Shown here: positions 13,170-24,998 of the stretch, piece by piece
Layout: each line of letters opens with the position of its first letter
Position numbering within the stretch: position 1 is the first letter of the stretch
Source: Camelus dromedarius
Taxonomy: Eukaryota
Direction: 5' to 3'
DNA length: 64,000 nt
Assembly: GCF_036321535.1 (NCBI RefSeq)
Contig: NC_087437.1
Location: 9,674,001-9,738,000, forward strand
Notes under the pieces: generated by a model
What the model was told of the DNA's origin: nothing
Seen by the model: the letters and a program-made list of their open reading frames with translations, nothing else
Database searches by the model: none
Position numbers and translations under genes: made by a program

Positions 13170-13290
13170 ACTGTATGTAATTTCCAAAGGGCAGGGAGGG
13201 CTTATGTCAGTATTGTTCAGTGCTCTATCCCTGGACCCCAGCATCCAAAATAGATACTCAAGAAATAGTCATTGAAAAAATAAATGACAA
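13170..13290 (+). mobile_element. L2 3' end
   Basis: agggcaggga..ttgttcagtgctctatccc..ctcaagaaata..ttgaa. Confidence 0.6.
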
Positions 13291-14289
13291 TGATTAAATT
13301 CAAAGTGAATTTCAGTCAACTATCAATATATACCCTATTTTCCATAACCAAATGAATAGAGTAATATGCATGAAGGGAAAAAGGTAGTCAAGCCTTTTAC
13401 TAAAGGGGAAATGAAACCATTACTTGGTCAGTTAGTTTTAATTTTGTAAATTGTATTTCTTCTTCGGAAAGAGAAAATGCACATTCATATACTAAAAGCT
13501 CTAGGAATTTCTGAGAAATTTTCTTTCTTAAACTTTGTTCGTATTTCTAAAACTTATCTGAACCATGAATCCATTTTAATTCTCGTTTGAAACGTATTAA
13601 CATCCATGGAAACATCTGATGTTAGAGCATGAAGGGATAAAGCTTGGATTACTTAAATTAAAGGTAGATAGATACGTAACATTACACAGTAGATTACTAT
13701 TTGATTAACGCCACTCAATTAAAAAATAAGATAGAAATCTAATTTTTTAAAAAGCCATCCACTTGAGAGTTTTTACAAAAACAGTCGACTATTAATTAAA
13801 GAATTTTTGAGCTCCAGTTCTAATGGCTTCATTATTTGATTACGGGATGGAGAATATTTTGGCTTCTATAGTAAAGTATAAACAAGTTATTGAAAGAAAC
13901 TTTACATTGATAATAAACTTAATTTCATACCAAATTAAAATTAAATAATGATGTTTTATTAAATAACTTATGATGAGCTAATAATCGTGGATATTTAAAG
14001 GCTTTACTGATTTCTCATCCTCTGAGGGCAGTATTAACATGGTTATGGATGGGCAGTAAGAGAAATGTTCATGTAACAACCTGGTAGTTGTAAAGAACTG
14101 TTTTCCCCAACTAAGTTGTTCTCTAAAATTTCTTCAAGGGGGAAAACAAGATCTGAAAACATTTCAGCAGTGACCATAAAGTACAGAGGAAAGCGATCAT
14201 TTATACATTAACTGAATAGTGTCCCGAGGTCAGAGCCTTCGGGTCACGCGTTAGCCCTGCATTTCTCTCCTGTACAAATGTTTCTGGGT

Positions 14290-14970
14290 CGAACCATCTC
14301 TTTCCCCTCTTCTGATCCCAGCTCTTCTGACACTGTCATCTCCAGATCCCGTGGTCACCTCCCAGCTGGGAGTCCTGCTTGAATTTTACCCACTGGAGTT
14401 TATTGCCCAAAACGCAACTAGAGTCTGGCTTTTACATATACGTTAGATCATGTCACTCTCTTGTTCTCAAGCCTCCCTTGGCTGATGTAACATTTAAAGT
14501 TAAACCCAAAGGCTTTACTTCCTATAGTCTCCAAGACTCTTGGGATCTGGTCCCTGGACACATTTCCAACCTCATTTCTTATCACTCCCTTTCAACATTT
14601 CAGCTGTACCAGCCCCCATAGTGCCCCAATTTGGCCTCTCAAACATTAACCTGTTCACCAGAGAGGTCCTTAGTAACCAAAAATATGCCCTTCCCAGGCC
14701 AAAATATCTCCCCCTACCCTCTCCCACTGTCCCTGCCCACATACACTTCACAGCTATTACCTTATCCTGACTCACAGCTCATAATCTAGATTATTTTCTA
14801 AACTCATCTGCCTACTTGTTTATTTCTTATTGTCTCTGCCATTAACAGGCAAGATATAAGAAGGCATAGAGTGATCCTTGTTTTGTTTGCTGCCTTCTCC
14901 CCAGCACCTAGAACAGTATAGGTGGAGAGCAGGCACTCAATACATATTTACTAGATAAATCTGTGAATAA
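14290..14970 (+). mobile_element. L2 LINE 3' portion
   Basis: agatcatgtcactctc..ccccagcacctagaacagt..aggcactcaatacatattt. Confidence 0.75.
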
Positions 14971-15233
14971 AATCATTTTAAACATGCAAATATTGATTTC
15001 TGCATTAAGACAATCTTTTACTTAGAATATTTAAAACTGCCGTCAAGAATTAACATCCATTTCAATTCACACCATTGTGCATGAGAAAAATCTATATTTA
15101 TAACTAAGTAAATATTGCATATAAAGGGCCTGCTTCTTAGCAATTAAGAAAGTTGGTTCAATTGTAGTGAACCCAACTTGGGATGAAAATTTGGAAAGTA
15201 AAGCATATATGGCTACTTTAACACACTTAACAT

Positions 15234-15720
15234 TGTGATTGATGGTTTTAAAACATGTCCACAAATTCTTAAATTACTCATCTCCCTCCCACCCCTCTAA
15301 GGGACTCTGTGTGACTTGTGAGATGATGTCACTGAAGATATTGCCACTTCCTCCTGCTCTATTGCCAGCTGCCATGTTGTGGGAACACAACAAGCAGTCC
15401 TACAGGGACACCCACGATGCAAGGAACTGAGGCCTCCGGCCAACAGCCATGCATGAGTCAGCATGGAAGTGGGTCCTCCAGCCCTGGGCAAACTTTCAAT
15501 GACTGCAGCCTCATTTCTTTCTACTCTTGTCCAACATTTTAGCCACAGTAGCCTCCACAGCGTCCCTCAGACATCTCAACTCCAACCACGTGAGGATCCC
15601 TGAGCCAGAATCACCCAACTGAAGTCACTCCCAGGATGCACAGAAATTACATAGACATTGTTTATTATTCATTCATTAATTTGGGGGCAATTTGTTACAC
15701 AGCAATGTATAGCTGATACA
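15234..15720 (+). mobile_element. MaLR LTR (MLT1E/F-like)
   Basis: TGTG...GCTGATACA termini, gaactgaggcctccggccaacagcc, and ttgttacacagcaat. Near-TSD AACAT/GACAT. Confidence 0.82.
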
Positions 15721-15769
15721 GACATACACCTTTTTCAGTAAAGGAGGGAATTCTTCAAGCAGCCATTGA

Positions 15770-15925
15770 TATGTGATTTTGGCTATTTATTTAACCTCTC
15801 TGAACCTCAGTTTCTTCATCTGAATAATGGGAATGATCTTATCTGTCATACTGCTTTAATGTGAAGATTAAACAATTTATTTATGCACACAATGCCTAGA
15901 ACCCTGTCTAATTAATTTTGGCTTA
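15770..15925 (+). mobile_element. MIR SINE
   Basis: ttaacctctctgaacctcagtttcttcatctg. Confidence 0.8.
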
Positions 15926-16213
15926 TTTTTTTTCTCAATGAGGAGCCCGCAAAAATATTATGTCATTTTGTTCACACTTGTCTGAAAAGACTGCTAAACA
16001 TGGAGTGAAGCCCCACAGCTACAGAGAGCGTAATTTCTAAATGTATCATGATATGAAATGTAGTGCATAAACTGTTTATTTGAAATAGATTTTCTCTTAA
16101 AAACTTTTAGGTAAAAAGAGTGTAACACTTGGAAAGCCCACTAAAGCCTATTAAAACTTATAAAGTCCCTCAGAGTAGTTAAACTGAAAATAACCATAGA
16201 GTGGTCATATCTT

Positions 16214-16626
16214 TGTAGAGGATTTTGTGCTCAGACACCCCTTCAATACAGAAGGAATTGGGTCCAACTTCTGACAGCCCAGCTCAGCCTTCTCCAGGAA
16301 TGGTGCTCAGCTAAAGAGAACTGCCCTCCCCAATGTCACACCCCTTCCCTGGGGCAGCCGGCAGCCGGCATCCAGTGACTGGTTCACATGGGGCTTAGAG
16401 GTCCAGCTCCCTGGTTCCCAATCAGCACAGCTCTGAAGAGGCATCCCGGCTCCAATGGTCCCCTTGGGCGGCCAAGACCTTTGTTGTGACTGCAGGTCAT
16501 GACACAGGAAACTGCAAATCTTCTGTTTGCCCAGAAGTTATTAATCCGGAGAGCCTGGCCTGATAAACTTCTGGCAGGCAGATCTCCATCCCACAGTTTG
16601 CCTCCTGGGGAACCCAAGTTGTGACA
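16214..16626 (+). mobile_element. ERVL LTR (LTR16-like)
   Basis: The end ataaacttctggcaggcagatctccatcccacagtttgcctcctggggaacccaag..gaca resembles the LTR16 3' end. Confidence 0.7.
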
Positions 16627-17069
16627 TTTTAATGTGTGGGCCTCCTCCTGCTGGGTCCCACTCTGCATCTCACCCTTAGGAATCTGCTGGGATTTGAGCC
16701 TAGTAGTGTGTTCTGAGGCACAGGGGGGTGGTGAGGAGATAAAGCATCATCTTGTACAGTGACTCAGTGGTAAGGGAGGCCATTTCTGGCTCCACAGAAA
16801 ATGCAGGGTTAATCCCCTCGGAGGGGAGTGGAAAGACACTGTTCTCTAACCTAAGTCCTATTGTTTAAAGAGTAGGAAACTGGAGAGAGCAAAGAGGCAG
16901 AGATTTCATTATGATTTACATGGTAACTCAAGGACAGTTTCAAGAGCTATTAAAAAATAGAGCATTTGTGGAGTATTATATGAATTTCTTTAACATTGCT
17001 ATGCACCCCCAGTGTTAGTGTATTAATAGTATGACTCACCTCGGCATGCATAAATCTGGTTTTGACAAT

Positions 17070-17325
17070 ACAGTGTGTCAGCATTAAGAATCATGGCCTT
17101 CAGAATCTTAGAAACATGAGTTCAAATCCAAGTTAAGCTACTTACTGTCTGTCAATCCTTAAATAAATTAGATAACTGTTCCTGCCTTTGATTTTTGTAT
17201 CCATATGATGAGGAATCTACAATCTGCCTCTTAAAATTATTGCGATCACCAGCTGAGATAAAACCTGTAAACCACCTGGCTGTTTGCCCCATGTCTTAAA
17301 ACCTCAATACTTGGTGATGGTTTCT
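17070..17325 (+). mobile_element. MIR SINE
   Basis: gagttcaaatcc..ctacttact..ctgagataa. Confidence 0.6.
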
Positions 17326-18409
17326 GTTTTTATGATAAATGCAGAAAAGCCAAAATACTAAGAGAGGCTTTCCTGATGTTTGCACTGGGTCATCTTAAAA
17401 GGCCGGGTAAAGAAGAAATATAACAAAACACTGGATGGCCCTTCCCGTATCTCAGAAATCTGGCTGAAGCCTCCAAACATGGGAATGATTGATAGAGCCC
17501 TCTGTATTCCAGATAAACCTTCACAGCGTTCTCTAACTGGCCTTCCTGCCCTTAATCAGTAAGTACAAATATAATAGAAACATAAATAACAGAAATATAG
17601 AGTATGTGTAAATAGAAAGATAAATGTTAAATATATAGCAGGCCAGGCTGAACATTCTGGAGTCAGCAAGTCTTAGACTCAAAGAGCAAGCTGGTTGGCT
17701 ATTCTCATGCCCTCCTCACAGGACTGGGAGAGACCTACCAGGGGAAGCACCAGCAGAGAAGGAGACCCTCAAGGGGGTGAGATAATGGCCCAGACCCCAG
17801 CTAGAGAGATGCCTGCAAAGCTGCAGAAACAGCCAAACCGACATCCAACTGAGATGCCTGCAGAGGGCTTGTCTCTGCTTGATTGGAAAGACTGGTGCCT
17901 GCTTCTCCAGAAAGTTCTGAAGGTGGGAAACAGCTGGGACATTCCCCAGTGCAGAGTAAAGAGACAGTGCAACAGGAGTGCATGGCCTGGCCTCCTGTGT
18001 TGGTGTGGCAGGGATGCGTGAGTTGGCCCTGTGCCGGCTGGGTGCATGATAGCATCCCCGGGGGAGCCAACTTGCTGGGACCCCGACCCAGGAGGACAGC
18101 TTGCTAGGGCAGAGCAAACAGGTCGACTCGCCGAGGGAAGGAGTGGGCGTGAGCATACTCAGGTGGTAAGTTGAGCATGAACTGCTCCAGCGAGGCAAAC
18201 ATACAGGATTAGGAATCTGGGTGTCTGTTAGTGGGCAAAGTGGGTCGTTCCCAAAGAGCACAAAACACACTGCCATAGAGAACAAGCACGTCAACACCTA
18301 TCGTGACTGAAGGGCACTCGTAGCCAAAAATTGTACTGGTAACAAAAGAAGTTTGTCCTTTTTTCTCCCCCTAATCTCTACTCTCCCTATGTTGATTCTG
18401 GAAAAGTCA

Positions 18410-18640
18410 GAAGGAAAGGGATAAGGAATAAAATACATTGGGAATTTAGGATTGGCTGATATAAACTGCTGTGTACAGCATAGATAAACAAGAAGGTGGT
18501 ACTGCATGGCACAGGGAACTATATTCAATAGCTTGTAGTGACCTGTAATGAAAAAGAATATGAAAAAAAAATCTACTGAATCGCTATGCTATACACCAGA
18601 AATTAATACAATGTTGTAAATCAAAAAAAAAAAAAAAAAG
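18410..18640 (+). mobile_element. LINE-1 3' end
   Basis: atagataaacaag..gcacagggaactatattcaatagcttg..tacaccagaaattaat followed by A16. Confidence 0.88.
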
Positions 18641-19203
18641 GAAATGCAAAATAGACCTGGGAAAAGGAAAAAGAAAAAGAAAAACAAAAACCTAAAAAAT
18701 AAAATATAAGCTGGAAAAAAAAAGACTGAAACACAGTTCATAGCTCTGTCTAAAATGCCCAAGTGAAGTGAGTCTAGGGAATCTGAACAGTATCAGCAGC
18801 TCAATTTTGAAATCAAATCACCTAAGGGTTATTTATCCCTGAAAGTGAGGCTTATCAAAAGATAAGATTGTTCTGATAATGGAAAGTGACAAGAGAGTCA
18901 CCATATCTTTTGGAGATGCCTTCAGTCCCAGGGAAAGGAGAGACAACAGAAGAAGGCTTAAAGGAGCAACGGAAGAGAAAATAAAGTCTGTTTCCGTGGC
19001 ATATTATATTCAGCTCATTCAATAAATCGAGTGAGGGTTAAAAAATATTTCCAAGAAGGAGAAAAAATAGACCGTTTATGAGACAAGAAGTGTAGTTCTG
19101 AAAATTCAATGATGATGAAAGGGCCAAAAGGATACAGTGTTCAGTGTACCTAAGGAGAAAAAAAAGAAAAAGGTGAAGATGCTGGGTGAGATGGTTCCCT
19201 ACC

Positions 19204-19222
19204 TGTGCACCAGGGGGCGCTG
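19204..19222 (+). promoter_or_regulatory. CTCF-binding motif (predicted)
   Basis: TGTGCACCAGGGGGCGCTG versus consensus TGGCCACCAGGGGGCGCTA; the 14-bp core is identical. Confidence 0.65.
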
Positions 19223-20421
19223 CAAGATCGGGACAGCTTTGTTGTAAGCAATAACCAGACCAGAAGAGGGAATGGATTAGGGAGGGACTCCTAATAAGGT
19301 GAGTGGTGTGCACCTAGCTGTTTACGTTTAGCTCATGTTCTCTCATTGGTTGTTCATGACCTGAGATGTAAAGCCACAGGAACAAGAAACTGAGAATCTA
19401 TTCCTTTGGAAACATAATCCAGACTGCTAAATAAGTTTCACCTCCTCTGGGTGCTCCTTCAAAATCAATGATGCCTGTAATCAGAAGCGCCCCATTCCTG
19501 TTTAGTTTCCCTGCTTTCCAAAACCCATAAATTCAGCAGTGGATCATGAAAGTCGAGATCACACTCAGGCACCTAATGTGACTATAAAGAGGAATTCTTT
19601 CCCTCCGCGGAATTACTGTTTTAATGTTCCTGCTTTCCAATTTACATCAGTCAGAAGCTGTGAGAGTAATGGCATAGGCATTAGAAAAATAAAAGGAATA
19701 TGGCAAAGAAGATTGCTGGTGTCTGGTGTTTTATTTATCACATTGCCTGTAGCGTTTATATCATGGCTTCAGATTTACCCAGTTTCTTTCCTTTTATGAC
19801 TGGAGACGTTAAGGGCAAGCTGTCAGCTCTGTAGAATAACATTTGTAGTGCTCTAAATCTTCTCAGTGTAATCTTTAATAACTGTCTTACGTTCAAGTTG
19901 ACAGCAAGCAATAAAATGTTTAATATCGTTTTATAGGTCACATAATATAACAGTTAATTTTAGTTCAACAGGGCAATAACAGATAACAGATAATGAAGTC
20001 ACTATAGATTTGTTTAACATAGTTCCTGAGTTGGCAATGGCTTCAGCAAAGCCTTAGAAATCTTCTTTCGAGCTACAACAAAACAGAAATGCATTTCTCA
20101 TTTTCTCTCTTTCTAATGATTCATAAAACTAGAGCCCATCTCAGAGGTGGTGAACTTTAGTTTTCAAAACTTGATGTATATTATTATATAAACAAATCAA
20201 CTTTGTAATAGGAAAGGATTTTTTTTTCCCTCCCAGAACTTCAAATTACATAAGGAAAGAAACAAAGACTCAATTAGTTTACAAATATGTAGAACTACAG
20301 AAATATCTAAGACGGCTCCGTACAACCACTGGCCACCTGTGACTAATGAAATAGAAGTAGAAATTAATTGAAACTCAATGAAACATAAAGTCCATTAACT
20401 TTAACAAGATTGTATTCTTTC

Positions 20422-20550
20422 TTAATTTTCTGTTTGTTTTTAGTGGGGGATGGATGTAACTTGGATTATTTGTTTTTAGAGGAGGTAGTGGGGATTGAAA
20501 CCAGGACCTCATGCCTGCCAAGCCCACGCTTAAGCTATACCCTCCCCTGG
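20422..20550 (-). mobile_element. tRNA-Ala-derived SINE (vic-1-like)
   Basis: ggggattgaaaccaggacctc..agctataccctcccc. Exact 12-bp TSD TTGTATTCTTTC at 20410-20421 and 20551-20562. Confidence 0.88.
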
Positions 20551-20714
20551 TTGTATTCTTTCATTATGGCTGCCTCCCTTTTATCTACTTTGTTTATAGT
20601 TCTCAAATTTTCCTTTAGGGTTTCAGTTGTAGAGGAACTTTTTTTTTAAAAAAAATGCAAATGATTTTTAAGTCTCTGATCCATTGTTCTATACAGAGAG
20701 CAAAATTGAACAAA

Positions 20715-20880
20715 AGAAGGAAAGGAATGGAAGTTAGGAAGATGGAAGGAAAGAAGGGAGGGAGGAAGGGAAGGATGGAGGGAAGGAAGGAAAGAATGGA
20801 TGCAGGGAGAGAGAGAGTAGGGGAAAGAAAGAGGGAGGCAGGTGGGGAAAGAAAGAGGGAGGCAGGTGAGAAAAGTCAGA
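20715..20880. repeat. GA-rich low-complexity tract with a 24-bp tandem duplication
   Basis: (GGAA)-like runs, and ggggaaagaaagagggaggcaggt twice at 20820-20867. Confidence 0.85.
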
Positions 20881-20891
20881 TAAGAAGAGAA

Positions 20892-21394
20892 TGTAACAGG
20901 AAGAATAAATCTGACCCCATATTGGATCTGTTTCTTTTACTTGAACCTTTGCATTCTATTGCTTTTGCTACAAGTTAATCACTAAAGTGTTGTTGCCTGA
21001 GGCTCAAAGTACACACAATGGCTCATCTCCAGGAACCTTGCCTCCTAGGCCTGAGCCTTATGCTAAAATGTCTTTGTTTAGCTCACAGGAAACACCCTGA
21101 CCAGCCCCACCTGCACATGGCTGCAGGAAAGAAGAAATTAGCACATTCCCTCTGGAATCAGGTCAGAGCCAGGAAATATTTGCAACAGCTTATCCCTTTT
21201 TTTTTACTTTACCTCCTCACCTTCCCATGTTTGCTCTATAAAAGAAATGAACATCCAAACCCAGGCAAGATGGTTCTTTGGGACACTAGTCCACCAACTT
21301 CACGGTCTGCTGGCTTTCTGCATAAAGTTGCTAATCCTTGCCCCAACACCTCATCTCTTAATTTATTGGCCTGTTGTGTGGCATCTCGGTAAAA
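20892..21394 (+). mobile_element. ERV1 solo LTR (MER41-like)
   Basis: Starts TGTAACAGG, TATA box ctataaaa near 21236, then caagatggttctttgggacactagtcc..ataaagttgct..ctcggtaa at the end. Confidence 0.8.
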
Positions 21395-23901
21395 AAGTGC
21401 AAAGGAAATGCTAAAGGTTGGAGGAAGAGTGGGGCGGAGGAAAAGAACCAAGGACGGTAAGAACAAAAGGGAAGGTCGAGATCGGATCCCCAGTGCTTCC
21501 CTAAGGCTGTGCTGTTTGATTCTGATGGAGGTTCCCTGGAAGACTCAGGCCGAGTGAAAAGCTTCTGCTCTAGAATCCAGAGAAGCTGGCGAGCCTGTCA
21601 TTTGGTTTCCAGGCGCTTTCATTCTTTTCAGAAGTTCAGACTTCTAGCCCCAAGCACCTCAAATCACCATTGAACCAGAGAGCTCTCCAGTCCTAAGAAA
21701 GCTGCTTCCCTCAGGGCAGAGGCAGGCAGGCTTGGTTAAGTTGAAAGCGACCTTGGAACCCACCTGCTGGAAACAACACTAGGCTCTGGTCAAACTCCAG
21801 ACTTTTCAGTCGTCTTTAAGTCCCACATTTTTAATTAAAATCATAATTTAGAGACAAATCTGATAAAATTGCTCTTCCAGGTCCCTGCTTTTCATTTTCT
21901 AAATTACTATTTAAGTTAAAATTAGTTTTATGTAAAGAGGAGACTGGTAAGGAGAGGATAATTTCCTGAGAAGGAGGTTGGACTGAGAAGGATAAAATGC
22001 CATGATTTCTCCCCTGTTAATGCTGTACGCCTTAGGGTGTGAGCAGTTTAAATTTTTAGAAACTCGATCTTTCCTGAAACTTAATAATTGCTTTATTGTT
22101 TTTAAGGAATGTAAGAAGCCACATTCAACAACTCTTCTTAAGGAGGAAAACATTGGCTAAGGGATAAAAAAGCATGAGTCTTACTTCCGGGCATTGCACC
22201 CATCACAAGACTATGCAAAGAGTTTAGGCTTTAATATTTCTTAACCTGTAAAAGGAGCAGAATGCAGCTTTCCCCTCTATCTGAAAGGAGAGCATTCCTG
22301 AGAAACCTTTCCCACGTGAAAATGGCGTAAAGCAAAGAGGCGATTACCGAGGATGCGTTTTGCTAACAGATGTGCAAAGTAACCCCAAGCAGGGATGCTC
22401 ACAGACACAGTTCAGAGTCATGGTGGCTGAGATGCTGAGTGTGGTTCCCAGGGAAGGAGCTCCCAGACAGCACCACTTCGGCTGCTGGCGTGGGGGTGGG
22501 GCATGGGGGGGGTACTGCTTCTATAATAAACAGCTACTGCAAAACAGATGCTGAACGCTATTTTCGCTTTTCAGCTTTTCTTTTTGTAAAAGCAAAAATC
22601 CTCTTTGGATTTCTTTCAGTTAGCAAAATTACATAAGTAATAAAAATAACATAAACCTTTCTTAAAAGCAAAGTGACGCAAAGCAGACTTTTGAAAGGTG
22701 GGGAGATGCCTGTAATTAGCTTCACGACTTTTTTCTGTTTGTGGTAAGCTCTCTGAAGAGGCAGAAGCACAATTTTTAGTGCCATAAAAAATGCAGAAAG
22801 AGGTTAAATGCCAATCCCACACACCCCTCCCGTCCCATACACCTGATTTCTACCAAGAGAAACATTTGTCTTTTACCAAGCAACTTTTTACAAGCCAGAT
22901 GATTTCATATAATGCAAAAATGGTTCTGCATCCTTTAAAAGGGCAGTTTATCCTTGTGTGTTGAAAGAAAGGTACTTATTAAAAATCTGTTACTTTGATT
23001 TTTTTTCTGCTTATACTAAAGTACATTGATTCAATGTTCCTGCACATTTCCAGGGATCTTCAAACCTAGTTCCTGAGTATTCTGGTACCCTATGTAAATC
23101 TTAGTAGAGATTAATATTTCCCTAGGATAATTTTTTTTGGGTCTCTGTACCTACAAGATGAAGACATCTAGAGTGAAATTCTCAAAGGGTTTACAAAAGC
23201 AAGTGTCAACAGCTGCATGATTTGCTTGCCTGTGCCAGCTCATCAGCTCCGAAGAGAAAAGGCAAAAACAAGCTGATCCCACAATGATCAGATGGAGTGA
23301 AGACAGTGATTATGTCAATGCAAGAATAATTAGATACATCGTAGCCATAAACAGCCTTTCAAGTGTTTCAATAGCTATAATTCTACGAACTGCTATCATC
23401 AAGCTGTTAGCAGAGAAGCCAACTCTCAATTTGTCTATGGATGGGTCTACGCAAAAGGGAATTGTTCCATTGTCTAATATTAGATTACTAATACGTGGTG
23501 GTCAAACAAGAATCGTATATATGGGACATTTCTGACTGCTGTAAGTGAAACTTATATAAGTAGACTGTTTCCCCTTTTAATATTTAGACCTCAAATCGGG
23601 ACTACATTTCTATAGTTTGCTTAATATTCACAATGTAAGGAAATGACCATTTTCTTTCTTTAAACTTTTATGTTCCTATTCTCCACCCAACTCATATCTG
23701 ATGACCTTACATGTACTTCAGTGAGATGGCCATGTCCTTACCTTCCCATCACAGGCCAGTCATCCTTTTCCCATCATCACTGCCCCTTCCCATGATAATG
23801 GAGAAAGGGGGCCTCTGTCCATCAAGGGTGCTTCCTCCCACTAGTACTCTGGACCCCTTCCCTTTCACACCTTCACATGGGGTACAGTAGTTCTGTTAGC
23901 T

Positions 23902-24185
23902 CAATGGCCTCAAAATGTGGTCTTCAGACCAGCAACATTAGCATGACTTAGGAACCTGAAGGGAGGGTCACACTGAAGTCCTGTAAAATCTGAGAAACCA
24001 CTGAATTAGTTCAGGGGCCCTCAACAGTAATTAAATATTTGTATCACATGGTGGATTTTTAAAATACCAGTTCCGGGACCTCACTTCCAGATATTCTGAT
24101 TAACTGACCTGGGATTGGCCCAACCATCAATACTTTTAAAATCTTCCCAAGTGATTCTAGTATGACACCAGAGCTGACACCACTG
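23902..24185. mobile_element. two adjacent hAT-Charlie MER5-like MITEs
   Basis: ctcaaaatgtggtc..gaccagcaacattagcat..tgagaaaccactg and ccagatattctgatt..aagtgattct..accactg. Confidence 0.6.
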
Positions 24186-24427
24186 AAGGTTGAAGCCTTT
24201 CCCTCTCTTTTATTTTCAGTCTCATTCCTAGAATTAGATTATTCCCACTGACATAGATGAACACCCTAATCACTTTTAAAAATTACCCCTCCAGATTCTT
24301 GCAGGATTCCCCTCCAGACACAATGTACTTGAAACTACACATAATCACCTCCCTTTCCTCATCCCCCACTCGCTTTTGCATGCACTCCAAACTGAATCCT
24401 TAACACCATTCAAAGTGCTCTTAGAAA

Positions 24428-24791
24428 AAAAACCATGTGATATCACTCATATGTGGAATCTAAAAAGGGAAAAAAAAGAGGACACTAATGAAATCATCTA
24501 CAAACCAGAAACAGACTCTTGCAGACATAGTAAACAATCTTATGGCTACCAGAGGAAAGCAGGTGGGAAGGGATAAATTTGGGAGTCTGAGATTTGCAAA
24601 TGTTAGGCACTATATATAAAGATAGATTAAAAAATTGTTTCTTCTGTACAGCACAGGGAATGATATTCAATATCTTATAATAACCTTTAAAGAGAAAGAA
24701 TATGAAAATGAATATATGTATGTATATGCATGACTGAGATATTGTGCTGTACACCAGAAATTGACACTTTGTAACTGACTATACTTCAATT
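24428..24791 (+). mobile_element. LINE-1 3' end (young)
   Basis: gatatcactcatatgtggaatct..gcacagggaa..tacaccagaaattgacac..ctatacttcaatt. Confidence 0.92.
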
Positions 24792-24926
24792 GAAAGAAAA
24801 TAAGAAAGAAAAAGAAAGAAAGAAAAAGAAAAAAGAAAGAAAGAAAGAAAAAAGAAAAGAGAAAGAAAGGAAAGAAGGAAGAAAGGAAAGAAAGAAAGGA
24901 AAGAAAGAAAGGAAAGAAAGAAAGGA

Positions 24927-24993
<67 letters not shown>

Positions 24994-24998
24994 GAAAA
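24792..24998. repeat. (GAAA)n compound microsatellite in the L1 tail
   Basis: 17 perfect GAAA units at 24925-24992, with degenerate units upstream. Confidence 0.97.

Noticed and set aside
17716..18297. Longest ORF (193 aa, minus strand)
   Set aside because: Non-ATG start, no recognisable domain, and ORFs in several overlapping frames as expected from GC richness.
20655..20978. 107-aa G/R/K/E-rich ORF
   Set aside because: GA-rich low-complexity DNA running into an LTR.
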